Source: Tubiluchus corallicola (Eukaryota; Animalia; Priapulida). From it: a DNA stretch of 55,105 nt. The stretch covers positions 1-55,105 of the forward strand of contig JAQGDQ010001212.1 in the NCBI GenBank assembly GCA_030141605.1, given 5' to 3'. The position numbers and the translations under genes were made by a program. Below, one piece after another: positions 11,025 through 23,389 of the stretch (the first letter of the stretch is position 1; each line of letters opens with the position of its first letter). The notes below the pieces were generated by a model. It saw only the letters and a program-made list of their open reading frames with translations. It was not told the origin of the DNA and did no database searches.

Positions 11025-11424
11025 TTAACCGTCATTGGTAAATGCAACCGTCACTGGTAAATGTAACCGTCACTGGTAAATGTAACCATCACTGGTAAAT
11101 GTAACCATCATTGGTAAATGTAGCTGTCACTGGTAAATGTAACCGCCACTGGTAAATGTAACCGCCACTGGTAAATGTAACCGTCACTGGTAAATGTAAC
11201 CGTCACTGGTAAATGTAACCGCCACTGGTAAATGTAACCGCCACTGGTAAATGTAACCGTCACTGGTAAATGTAACCACCACTGGTTAATGTAACCCCCA
11301 CTGGCAATGTAACTGTCACTGGTAAATGTAACTGCCACTGGTAAATGTAACTGCCACTGGTAAATGTAACCGCCACTGGTAAATGTAACCGTCACTGGTA
11401 AATATAGCCGTCACTGGTAAATGT
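11025..11424. repeat. 19-bp minisatellite, about 21 copies
   Basis: Unit tgtaaccgtcactggtaaa. Confidence 0.96.
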
Positions 11425-11502
11425 AGTCATTGCTTAAATACTAATTTGTATCTTGCTAGTAGTACAGCAAGCAAAGTTGTACCAAACATATTTAATTTGT
11501 AG

Positions 11503-12560
11503 ATCAAGAAGATATTGATTATGAGCCAATGAAGAAGAAGCAGTGCAAGTCAGCAGAGAAACCCTGTACAAACCAAAACCCTTCTCTTGACGAAAGAGAT
11601 CAAAATCAGAGCTGTAGGTCTGAAGTGGGAAGCAAGGAATTGTCCACGGCTGCAATAACAGGAAAATGCAATCTAAAAAATAAGTCGAAGAAGTCAAATA
11701 ATGCGGAAAAGCAAAAGAAAGACAGCAAAAGAAAAGAGAAAAGTGTGGGTGATGCAGCAGAAGATAAGAAAAGCAAGAGCAGTAAGAACAAGGTACCTAA
11801 GAATTCCATTGGAACAGGAGAAAAACAGGTTGGTGAGCAGGGGAAGAAATTAAAAGGTATTGTTGATGCAGAAAAAAAGAAAAGCATCGTTAATAAAGAA
11901 CAAATACCAGAGAAATCAGATGATGCAAAAGAAAAAATGAAAAGTAAAAAAATGAAAAAAGCAAAGAGCACAGATTCTGGTAAAAGCAAAGAAAAATCAT
12001 CAAAGACAAAGAATGATGACAAGCCTGTGAAAGTGGGTAGTGTCCAAAAAGTTTCTGGAGAACAAGGCGAGAAAAAGGACCAAGGTAGCAATGTCATTAA
12101 GCCAAATTTTGCCAAGAAGTCAAAACCAACATTCGCGGTCAAAACTGTTGCACCTCAGTTAAAGGAAACAAATGTAGAAGAAAGTGAGAGCATTTTAGTT
12201 GAACAAAAATCCGAAACCAACACTCAAGAATCACAGGAATCATCTACCGCGCAACACAAATCACCCGTAAGTTCCGCACAAGGCAAAAAGAAACCATATT
12301 TCAAACCGCCCTCGCAGTGTCCGTCAAAGAAGACAGCCGGTTCCGGATTTCAACCGCCTTCTCAAAAGAAGTTAGAAACAAATGACATTTCTGATAATGT
12401 GGTCTTCACTCAAGACATATTACCTTTGTCTCAGAAGGATCTATTTGAAAACTTGGAATTGAATCTAAATCAAGAAACTGGTGAAAAGATTATAGAGCCA
12501 AGAATAGGGATGCCCGAGGGTGGCTATGAGTCAGATCCTTTTGAACCAAATGAAGAGTAA
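11503..12560 (+). CDS. ZCWPW1: ZCWPW1-like terminal exon (Lys-rich, likely disordered tail)
   Basis: tttgtag|(D)QEDIDYEP runs in frame into the 343-aa ORF at 11529; phase 1 matches the previous donor; stop TAA at 12558-12560. Confidence 0.78.
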
Positions 12561-12572
12561 TGAAATATTAGC

Positions 12573-14147
12573 AGCTTAATAACAATCTTTACAGTCAAAC
12601 TACTTAATGCAACCAGCAATCACTTTTATAAGGGTCGCTTAATAACAGTATTTACAGTCTAACCCCGTAATACAACCAGCAATCGCTTTTGTAAGGGTCG
12701 CTTAATAACAGTCTTTACAGTCTAACCCCGTAATACAACCAGCAATCGCTTTTGTAAGGGTCGCTTAATAACAGTCTTTACAGTCTAACCACGTAATACA
12801 ACCAGCAATCGCTTTTGTAAGGGTCGCTTAATAACAGTCTCTACAGTCTAACCACGTAATACAACCAGCAATCACTTTTGTAAGGGTTGCTTAATAACAG
12901 TCTTTACAGTCTAACCACGTAATACAACCAGCAATCACTTTTGTAAGGGTCGCTTAATAACAGTCTTTACAGTCTAACCACGTAATACAACCAGCAATCG
13001 CTTTTGTAAGGGTCGCTTAATAACAGTCTTTACAGTCTAACCACGTAATACAACCAGCAATCACTTTTGTAAGGGTCGCTTAATAACAATCTCTACAGTC
13101 TAACCACGTAATACAACCAGCAATCACTTTTGTAAGGGTCGCTTAATAACAATCTCTACAGTCTAACCACGTAATACAACCAGCAATCACTTTTGTAAGG
13201 GTTGCTTAATAACAGTCTTTACAGTCTAACCACGTAATACAACCAGCAATCACTTTTGTAAGGGTCGCTTAATAACAATCTCTACAGTCTAACCACGTAA
13301 TACAACCAGCAATCACTTTTGTAAGGGTCGCTTAATAATAATCTCTACAGTCTAACCACGTAATACAACCAGCAATCACTTTTGTAAGGGTCGCTCAATA
13401 ACAGTCTTTACAGTCTAACCACGTAGTACAACCAGCAATCGCTTTTGTAAGGGTCGCTTAATAACAGTCTTTACAGTCTAACCATGTAATACAACCAGCA
13501 ATCGCTTTTGTAAGGGTCGCTTAATAACAGTCTTTACAGTCTAACCACGTAATACAACCAGCAATCACTTTTGTAAGGGTCGCTCAATAACAGTCTTTAC
13601 AGTCTAACCACGTAGTACAACCAGCAATCGCTTTTGTAAGGGTCGCTTAATAACAGTCTTTACAGTCTAACCACGTAATACAACCAGCAATCGCTTTTGT
13701 AAGGGTCGCTTAATAACAGTCTTTACAGTCTAACCACGTAATACAACCAGCAATCGCTTTTGTAAGGGTCGCTTAATAACAATCTTTACAGTCTAACCAC
13801 GTAATACAGCCAGCAATCACTTTTGAAAGGTCGCTTAATAACAGTATTTACAGTCTAACCACGTAATACAACCAGCAATCGCTTTTGTAAGGGTCGCTTA
13901 ATAACAGTCTTTACAGTCTAACCACGTAATACAACCAGCAATCACTTTTGTAAGGGTCGCTTAATAACAATCTTTACAGTCTAACCACGTAATACAACCA
14001 GCAATCACTTTTGTAAGGGTCGCTTAATAACAATCTCTACAGTCTAACCACGTAATACAACCAGCAATCGCTTTTGTAAGGGTTGCTTAATAACAGTCTT
14101 TACAGTCTAACCACGTAATACAACCAGCAATCGCTTTTGTAAGGGTC
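12573..14147. repeat. 63-bp tandem array, about 25 copies
   Basis: Unit gcttaataacagtctttacagtctaaccacgtaatacaaccagcaatcgcttttgtaagggtc. Confidence 0.97.
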
Positions 14148-15429
14148 CCTTGGGTGGTATGGATTAGAAATTATTAAATCAAATGTCCAAAGTAGTGAAA
14201 TATTATCTGTTTAATTGCAATATTAGGTAATGTCACATACATGTACTTCCAAATACACTAAATTATCATTTTACTTTTTTTAGTATCATTCTGTGTTTTA
14301 TTATAATAATAATTATTATTATTCTATAATTAAATTTTGTGCAATTATATTTTATGTGATTTGTTTTAGATAAGTATTGTCTTACATAATTATACTAGTT
14401 GATTTTCATTTTTACTTCATTTTTTTATGGTGATATGTAAAGCGATTTGTGTTTCATTGGTCTATTTTTAATCATAAGTTCGTGTTTCTTTCCTGTTTAT
14501 CAATTGTAACTATTAATTTAATAACGTTGTTTTATATTCTGATGGAATTTTTTTAGTTTTTGTTATTAAATTACTGGTTGATGTTAACGTGTTTTATCAC
14601 AGTTTATTGTCTGTTCTAGAGTTATTGGACTTTCATTTGAAAGTGGAAAATTGAATTGAGTGGTAGTAGAATTTTTGATATACGGCCACAAACTTTCACT
14701 TCATTTCTATGTATATTTGCTATGATACAGGATTAACCCCTGCAATGTAGTTGCAGCAAAGCCCGACTATCTCTAAATTTAGTGGAAGAATGGAATAAAA
14801 TACAGAGCTTAAGAAAGCGTCGCTCTCTTCTGAGCGTTCTGTAAACTCGTACTGCCATAAGCACAGAACAATCAGCAGATCATAACAAAATGATCTCTCT
14901 TATCCTCATCTGTCGTGATGTATACAGTTATTTTCTCTGCATTTTGTGGTTTGTATGTATGTATGTAGAAATTAAGCAAAATGGGACATTGAATTTAAAG
15001 TTTTACAGCATTTTATTGATATAAATTTACTAACACTACCATAGATAATTATCGTGTATGCATAGTGTACGTTCATTGGTAAAATTTGCATTACAATGTG
15101 AGGCACTTTAAGTAAGCAGAGCGATAACCACTTAGTGCTGACAATTACATTACAGGAGTCAGGGACCAACAGTGTTATGTGACATTTTGTTTAGGGCTCA
15201 AATTATAGTTTAGATAATAGTGGTGTTTACTCGTGAATTATGTTTCCCATTAATGTTATATCCAGGCACAACGATATAATTGTTACTTGTTAGCAAATGG
15301 GTAGCAAACTATTATTACAAACTAAATACGCCACATCTCTCATAATACGTAGAGGGCTTCACTATTTTACATCGTAACAAAGATGTAACAGTTATTTATA
15401 ATTTAACAGTATATGGTAGATCAGCGATT

Positions 15430-16615
15430 TCTGAGTTCAAACAGGCCCATAGATTAATAATATTACTACGTGGTCACTGGGCACTATGGAGAGGCCATTC
15501 ACAACAGTTATTGAGTGTGGAGGTCCTAGAGAATGAGTAAAACCGAGCCTGAAAAAGTTTGAAAAACGGAAGGTAAAAGATTTTGCTTTGTGCACAACAG
15601 GGACGTCCACAGTTCGGCAGGTGTGATTATCATGTTTTTATCTGAAAGAGGTGGTATGATAGAATTGCAAAATGAATATAAAAGATGGGTATAGAAAGCA
15701 AAAGGGCGTAGTGGAACAGCTTTGAGAGGAATGGTTGGATGTTCATCATTTGAAGAGAGGGAAGCGAAAGGCTGAAAATACGTTTAAAGTTTCTGAGTGG
15801 ATTTGCTTTGAATAGAATTAGAAAATTATTTGTAGGTACTGACAGACTGGTTAAAATGATAATACCCTTTGTAGTGTATAGCAAAATACGGTCTAAGTGG
15901 GTTAGAAGAATAATATTTTTAGCAGACAAGTTTTATTTAGAATATTTAGAAGTCTGCCTTTGGAAACATTTTGTGACTAGAAAAGCTTTTTCAAAGGATA
16001 ATGGATTAATGGGTTTGAGTAAATAACTGACGTAAATTTTAGTGAAAAGGGTTGCAATAAGTTAATCGAACAAAAGGTGAGGGAAAAGGGTTTACAACTA
16101 TGGCTGAACAAACTTGACGCATGTTTGGCGGCTGGTAGGTATTTGAATACTAAAAAGCAACTTTATTTTGAGAAACAGGTGAATTATAGGTATGCATAAT
16201 GCTGAGTTGCTGGTGAAAGCGAGAATTGGTGCAATGAAAAATAATGACAATCCATTATTAGCTGAAAGATAAATGTGGTAGGTTTTTTAAGTGTGGTTTG
16301 GACTTGGAGAATATACAGCATGTTGTACTGTACTGTCCTTATTATGAAAATGAATATATGGTTATTTGGTAAGGAGTTTCATATGAAGATAGTATGAGTT
16401 GGTTGTTGCTTAAAAATACTGAATTTTGAAAAAAGCTTCTTAGTAATAGAATGAAGAAACTTCAGTAAGATAAGAATTGCAAGCCTTTTCTAATATAACA
16501 CTTGCCTCGGTAACCCTTTAGATTTTCGTCATTTTATTTGAACTTTGTTTGTTTTGATTCATGTATTGTGCAACTCAAGGAGAAGAATAAAAATATTATT
16601 TATCTATCTATATCT
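15430..16615 (+). mobile_element. Degenerate 5'-truncated LINE (RT C-terminus and 3' tail)
   Basis: Broken frames including CGLDLENIQHVVLYCPYY (C..E...H....CP.Y LINE zinc-binding motif); ends aataaa plus (tatc)n; 5' boundary uncertain. Confidence 0.6.
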
Positions 16616-17075
16616 AAGTTTATTTTTCCTTTTTTCAGCCGAGTAACAGTTTTGATTGCTCACCTAGATACAAAAAGGTCCAGGCAGAAATAAATTGAAC
16701 CGAACATTATAAAGATTGCATTTTAATGTGGTTAGGTTAATTTGACATGGTAAACATCAGCTTTTACATTTATAAAGTCTTTCTCTAGTGCAAAAACTTG
16801 GCTGGTCTGTGCAGAAGTGTTTTTACAGATATTTGTTATTGCAATTAACACTTAGGAAATGAACATTTAGCTAGATAACTAATACTTATATGGTAACAGG
16901 ACTAAGACTAATTCATATGTTTCAGTTATTTTTGGCATGCTGGCAGTGCTACGCTTCCACTTTTGTAAAACGAAGCTAAGACAGCGATTCGCGCCATCCA
17001 AAAGTCCTCACTGCTTGTTCGATTTTGTTTAAGAACCGTCAGTACTTGCAACTTTTCTGTTAGTGACTAGTCATC

Positions 17076-17450
17076 ATGAAACTGCTCACACATAATATGC
17101 TGGCATCAAGATTTTTGAAGGGGGTAACGAAAGGCTATCCGTTGGGAATAATTGCTACTGAAGTAAAAGAGGTGACTGTTGATTTTAATAAAGAACTCGT
17201 TAGCCGCATGATACCGAAAATTGATTGGAATGCTCTGTGTGGAGCTGCTGAATCTCTCGGCAAGCTTGGCGATCTGCCAAAAGAGCTGATCTCCGAATAC
17301 GAATCAAACGAAGAATTTTTAAAGAAAACTCATCATGTTCTAATGGAGGTGGAGGTGATTACAGGTAATCTAGTTTGTCCTGAAACTGGAAGAAAATTTC
17401 CCATCAGTAACGGAATTCCAAATATGTTGGTCAATGAAGAGGAATTATGA
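17076..17450 (+). CDS. TRMT112: Multifunctional methyltransferase subunit TRM112; intronless CDS, 124 aa
   Basis: Diagnostic MKLLTHNML N-terminus and CPETGRKFPISNGIPNML C-terminus; intact ORF; aataaa near 17515. Confidence 0.97.
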   Translation: MKLLTHNMLASRFLKGVTKGYPLGIIATEVKEVTVDFNKELVSRMIPKIDWNALCGAAESLGKLGDLPKELISEYESNEEFLKKTHHVLMEVEVITGNLVCPETGRKFPISNGIPNMLVNEEEL

Positions 17451-17707
17451 TGTTACTAGAGGCATGGACTGTGTAATGCTTGCTTTATTAAATGCATTCC
17501 TGAGAAAGGGTTAAAATAAAACTTTACTGTGCTATTGAATAGAAACAAGAACTGAATATACGATATTGAATTAAGAATAGGATTAGTTGCCAGTATGAAA
17601 TGTGTCATGCTTAGTGAGTTATTATTTTATGAAATGGATATTGTTCTTGTTTTGTAAAGAATTTAAAAACTTTATCTTAATTTCCATCTTTGTCTTTTAT
17701 TATACAT

Positions 17708-18207
17708 CAGGGGTGTGCAAATTGCGGTCCGCGGGCCACTTGCGGCCTGCCGAGAGAATTTGTGCGGCCCGCGAAGAGGTTTGTCAACGTAATGAAAGTG
17801 CGGCCCGGGCGATTAATTGAGTATATCCAGCTGAAGTCCGTGCCACGATCCCAAAAATAGTGCAGGTAGTTTTTTCTACTAGATCGGATGCCATTAACCC
17901 TTACAAGACGGTTGTAGTTTAATGTCACTGTACTACACAGATTGTGTGATACACATTACTAATATGCATTGTAATGAAATTACCACTATCTGTTCTGAAA
18001 GTAGAAATATATGGTTTGTAATATAAATTTTTATAACTTCTAAAATAGTTTCTTGAGTGTAGTAGTAATGATGTACGCAGGTCGGATGAAAAAAAATCGT
18101 TATTAGGCCTTTCTGTACTTGGCTCCTTGACCAAACTGCCTGTGGCCCGCAGGAATTGCGGGAAAGTTTAATGTGTCCCGGCTAGTCAGATAATTTGCAC
18201 ACCCCTG
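17708..18207 (+). mobile_element. hAT MITE, family C copy 2
   Basis: caggggtgtgcaaatt ... aatttgcacacccctg perfect TIRs; exact 8-bp TSD ttatacat. Confidence 0.93.
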
Positions 18208-19183
18208 TTATACATCATGGAACTATTTCATTTGAGAAATAAATGAGACTGAAAAAGAACTTTGCAGTACTGCTGAATAGAGAGAAAACAAGAACTAAGC
18301 ATTGAAAGTAGTTGTCATTGAGGAAGTATGAAATATGTAACAGTTGCTTTAGCTGCTAAATGTGTTCATGGGACTGCTGTGGTCCAGAAAAAAGTTAATA
18401 AATGTGTTGCAGCTTTGTTGAAGAAAGAGGAAAAACAAGAAAGTTACATAGAGTTGGTCGCCATTGAGCAATCCGTGAAAAAACTCCCGCTCTTTGATTT
18501 TTTTCTTTCTTGGTATTTGTTGCACTTTTTAGTTGCCAAATTGGCCCTATTGCATCTGATTTGCTAAATAGAAGAGTTTTTCAAGCAAAGCCTGTGTGCT
18601 CTCAGAAACGTGATGATTTTTATGCATTGAAATTGTTAACAAAACGAAACCTAAATTGACTGAAAGTTTTGAAATAACAATGTTTTGCACGCGTGTAAAT
18701 GTTTTAATATTTTCCATTACCAAGTAGACCTCAAACTAATTGTTAAACAGGCGTCATTACCTATTTTAACAGAATTTCACGAGAATTTCAGTGAATTTCA
18801 TTACTTTTGTAGCAATCATGGGTTGTAAATGAGAATAGTTTCTGAATTTTTGTTGAAAAAATTGAGTTTTAACAAATATTGCTAACTGCTGCTGAAATTT
18901 ATGTAACCATGATGATGTCACACGGGTCGCTCATATTCTATGTGTTCTAGACTCCGGTTTTCTACTGAATACATTGACTGAATGCTCATAGATTAATTAA
19001 ATAAGCTTTGTGTAACTAAGCTTGCAGTTCCGTTTCAATTTTTCTGTTTTTCTGTAATTCAGGGGTGTAGAAGCTGAATATTTCCCATTTATAAACCCTA
19101 ATACAAGGCTGATCAATATAAAGCTTTGTTAAATCAAATGTACAAAAACTCACTTTTTCACCGTAACATTTTGTGTGTTGTGT

Positions 19184-19659
19184 CAGGGCCGGCCTTGGGT
19201 AATTGGAGGCCCTAGGCGAAGTGAATTTGGAGGCCCCAAATGAAATAGAAAAATAAAAAATAAATACGAAAAAAATAAAATTACGCAATTTATTAAAAAC
19301 TACCTGTATTTATATCTAAATCAACAAATAACTGAAATTTATACAAACATATTCGTGCAGATGTCATAAACCTTCAACAAAAATCAACTTTTCGTGCTTT
19401 GATGGCAGCAAAGTCTGCAATAAATTGTGAATAATCCAGAGACTGGACGATATCTCGTTCGATAGATATCATTGCCAGACTGATATCATTATCGTGGCCA
19501 AATAACGCACAAAATTCTCAAAAAAGGCGTGCGTGCGGCGAGAGAGAGGGAGAGAGGAGGCAGTATGTTCGCATAAAGCAAAAAAAATGTAACCTCGGCG
19601 TGAGGCCCCCCTGGAGGGTGAGGCCCTAGGCGGTTTGCCTATGCTTAAGGCCGGCCCTG
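19184..19659 (-). mobile_element. Internally deleted hAT element retaining the transposase C-terminus
   Basis: cagggccggcctt ... aaggccggccctg TIRs flanked by gttgtgt on both sides; minus strand about 19375-19482 reads SLAMISIERDIVQSLDYSQFIADFAAIKARKVDFC*, a typical hAT dimerisation-domain end. Confidence 0.85.
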
Positions 19660-20445
19660 GTTGTGTTTACACATCTACATTTGCCATGATAAATGGAATT
19701 TATTTCTCTGAAACTAAGAATATAAGTAGCAGTTCAATATCTGTCTACCAAAGTGATTAAGACACCTTTTAGACAAAACTGTAGGTATTTTGTTATTTAC
19801 TGTTATACATTATTTTTGCATTAGCCACGTGTATCTGCATTGGCATTTCTGATAGAGGTAGAAAATTTCTCTACATCTTTTTGGGAAACTCTATCACTAA
19901 CTTCAACACTCAGAAGCCAAGGTGACAAAACTAAAACAGTCATGAATAAATGTACAAGAGTTGTCCTCTGAATCATCAATGCAATCTCTTCGTACATTTC
20001 ACTGCTAAAAACAAAAAAGGGCAGGTTGTTGAAATTGAATCTAACAATCACAAGGAAAGGACTGTCAGGAAAAGTTCAAATAGATGGCAGCACGAATGTT
20101 TATAGCAAAACAAGCTTTTTGGATAATTGCCGTAATAAAACTCGTGTCACACTGATTTATTTTATATCAACAAATTACTTAAATAACTAAAAACCTAGTT
20201 TACATACCGTAGAAATGCTAACTAGGTTCAAGATGATCACTAATATAGCTTGTTTGATTTGTAACTAAAGCCACACACACTGTTTCATACTTACACGGTA
20301 CAACTTTGTAATTAACGCCTTACAAAATCATTATACTTACATAGTCTTAACAATTTTGATCAACAAAGACATTTTGATTTATAAAAATACTTCTGTCAAG
20401 GCCCAAGTATAATTCTTGTTGCTACTTGAACCTGAACAGTTATAA

Positions 20446-20928
20446 CAGGGGTGTGCAAATTGCGGCCCGCCGAGACAATTTGCGCGGCCCGCGAAGAGAT
20501 TTGTCAACCTAATGAAAGTGCGGCCCGGACGATTAATTGAGTGTATCCAGCTGAAGTCCGTGCCACGATCCCAAAGATAGTGCGGGTAGTTTTTTCTACT
20601 AGATCGGATACCATTAACCCTTACAAGATGGTTGTAGCTTAATGTCACTGTACTATACAGACGGTGTGATACACATTACTAATATGCATTGTAATGAAAT
20701 TACCACTATCTGTGCTGAAAGTAGAAATATATGGTTTGTAATATAAATTTTAATAACTTCTAAAATAGTTTCTTGAGTGTAGTAGTAATGATGTACGCAG
20801 GTCGGATGCAAAAAAAATCGTTATTAGGTCTTTCTGTACTTGGCTCCTTGATCAAACTGCCTGTGGCCTGCAGGAATTGCGGGAATGTTTAATGTGGCCC
20901 GGCTAGTCAGATAATTTGCACACTCCTG
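20446..20928 (+). mobile_element. hAT MITE, family C copy 3
   Basis: Same TIRs; TSD agttataa/ggttataa. Confidence 0.9.
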
Positions 20929-21624
20929 GGTTATAAGCAATCAACAAACAAGAGCATTATGCCGATTTAAGTGACCTTGTCAGCACAGGACAGTTACGAC
21001 AACAGCAATTTTACAAAAATAAATTGCATCATTTACTCACGTTTTAGGTGCAAATGGTGTTAAAGGTTACTATACAACTGTACCATTATTAACATACTTA
21101 ATTCCCCATTTTCAAATGTACCTCAATTCGTTGAACAAGCGAAACACTATGAACAAATTACACATTAAACTGCTAAGTGAAAAAGTTCAGAAAGCAGTTA
21201 CTGCCGGTCAACAAAATATCAATTGTTTAAAACAACAAAGCAAATATGTTCCAGAAACCGTATGAAATGGCCGTCGGCATTGGGCACTAGCCACTAGTAG
21301 CCAGTACATCTGCAGTATATATACGCATAGATATTATTTACTGGGATGTAAAATTCGTGAATGTTTCATGACTGGTCAATGCTGACGCCATAACAATGTA
21401 ATTTATACATATATATATATATATAACTGACCAATCATGTTGGCACTTCAAGAAACACTTATAATTAGCTACATGCTGCACAACAATTTGTTTTGTCATT
21501 TTTATTCATAACAACAAACAATGCACACTATTACCTGCAAAGGTAATGAAGTAAGAAATCATAGAAAAATCATTTTCTTTAAATTAACACTGTAAAAAGA
21601 TCTGACAAGGTGTATGTTATAGAC

Positions 21625-22320
21625 GACAAACATACGGCTAAAGCACTGTCCAGATAGCACACGTGCATAAAACATTGCACTTATGGCATGAATACAATCA
21701 CAGGATTTTAATGAATGATTTAAGATTACTCACTCTAAACAGATTAGTTTGTGGATAGACTAATGAGGTCACTTATAATTGCATTCACTTCAGTTTTGCA
21801 AGTTCACTGAACTACACAAAAACCTTTGAAGGAAGACTGGATGATTGTTTAGACCCCATTTTAATTTACTGTCCAAGATATACATTATCTTTCCTATAAA
21901 AGTTAGCAATTGTTCCTTATATTTGAATAATTAGCTTAGAAAGTTAATTAACGGCAACCGAACACAGCTATTGTTTACGTCAGAAACTAACCACAGTTTG
22001 TGCAATGGCAGGTGTCTTCCCTTGCGCATCAAGCACATTTGCATAGGTGTTACAGTACTGCTTAAACGCATGTCACGAAAAATGGGCTTTACATCATATG
22101 ACGTCAGAAACTAACACTGCAGTTCATGATCATGTTTATCACGGTACCGACTTCTATTTGTTGGCCACGCGAATGTGACAAAAAGGCGCCGCTGCCAATC
22201 TTAGCAGATTCACTGAGCCTCGCGTAGCTTTGAAAGTTTAACGAAATTTGAGTATCCGAGATAATTATTATTTAATCTAAGCTTTGATTTAAAATAAGCT
22301 ATTGTAGTTTCCAATATTTT
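21625..22320 (+). repeat. Unclassified dispersed repeat of about 700 bp, copy 1
   Basis: Highly similar to the reverse complement of about 49861-50566. Confidence 0.85.
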
Positions 22321-22738
22321 AGAGCATTCTTTATTCTGAACTCATGTTCATACAATCATCCGGTTTCCTTTAACACAATGAAAGATGTGGCTCATTCAAG
22401 TTGAAAACAGAAGTAAATATGTTTGGCCAGGATACATATCACGACATAAGTCAACAGTACACACTTCATGGCAAAACTGGTAGATCTGCATCCTACGTAG
22501 CACGAGAGTTACGTTCTAAAATCAGAAATCTTATTGCTTGCCGAAACTAAACACTTTTACACAATTATCATCACGTTTATAAAATTCGGTACATGCGGTA
22601 AAAATAACTTGTCAGAAATCAACAACTAGTATAAAAACCACAACACTTAAACAGAATTAGCAAAATGTTTATCGCTTATTTTTTTACGCAATACAAAGTT
22701 TTTGTAAACACTCCAAGTTCGCTGTACTTTAAGTAATA

Positions 22739-23067
22739 CAGTCGACCCTCGTTAAACCGGACCCCGTTAGCCCGGATATTGGATAAGACGGACGTCATCC
22801 GTGTTAAAGGAAACTGACCGATTTGCGTCCGAGCCGGAGTGCTAAACACAACACGGCCTACCAACTGTACAGTAATTTCTTTATCCTCACAGGTTAACTA
22901 TTTTAAAGTAATATACAGTATAGTATATAGTGCAATGTATATAGGCCTTATTAAGGTGATTATTCCTGTATAATATAGACCGTATATAGGCATATCGGAT
23001 AAATCGGACAATCGGCTAAACCGGACCCCCCCCCCCCCAATTAGTCTGGTTTAACGAGGGTTGACTG
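22739..23067. mobile_element. Tc1/mariner MITE
   Basis: ta|cagtcgaccctcgttaaacc ... ggtttaacgagggttgactg|ta. Confidence 0.9.
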
Positions 23068-23389
23068 TACCAAGTTTCTGAAATCATCTAATCTAAAGTT
23101 GGTTTTAAGCTGTCAAATAAGGCAATTTTTATTAAACTATTAGGAAACAAAAGAATGGTTAAGATGTTAGGTGAAATATGGATAAATTTACATAATTATG
23201 CACATTACGTATGTATCGGCAGCAATGTTGCGTTTATTGTTTTTGAAAAGTAATTTGTCACGATTACTAATTACTTCGGAAAAATTGTAATCAAGTTACT
23301 CATTACTCATTAACAGTCATTAGGTTGATTCACTTCCAAAATTTTCCAGCAAAATTAACTGCAATATTTTCACTGGGAAGTTAGAAAGT

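Noticed and set aside
11108-11395. 95-aa repetitive ORF
   Set aside because: Translation of the 19-bp array.
11606-12142. 178-aa Phe/Leu-rich minus ORF
   Set aside because: Antisense shadow of the Lys-rich exon.
14676-14926. Second possible solo LTR (TG...CA)
   Set aside because: No matching inverted termini or TSD.
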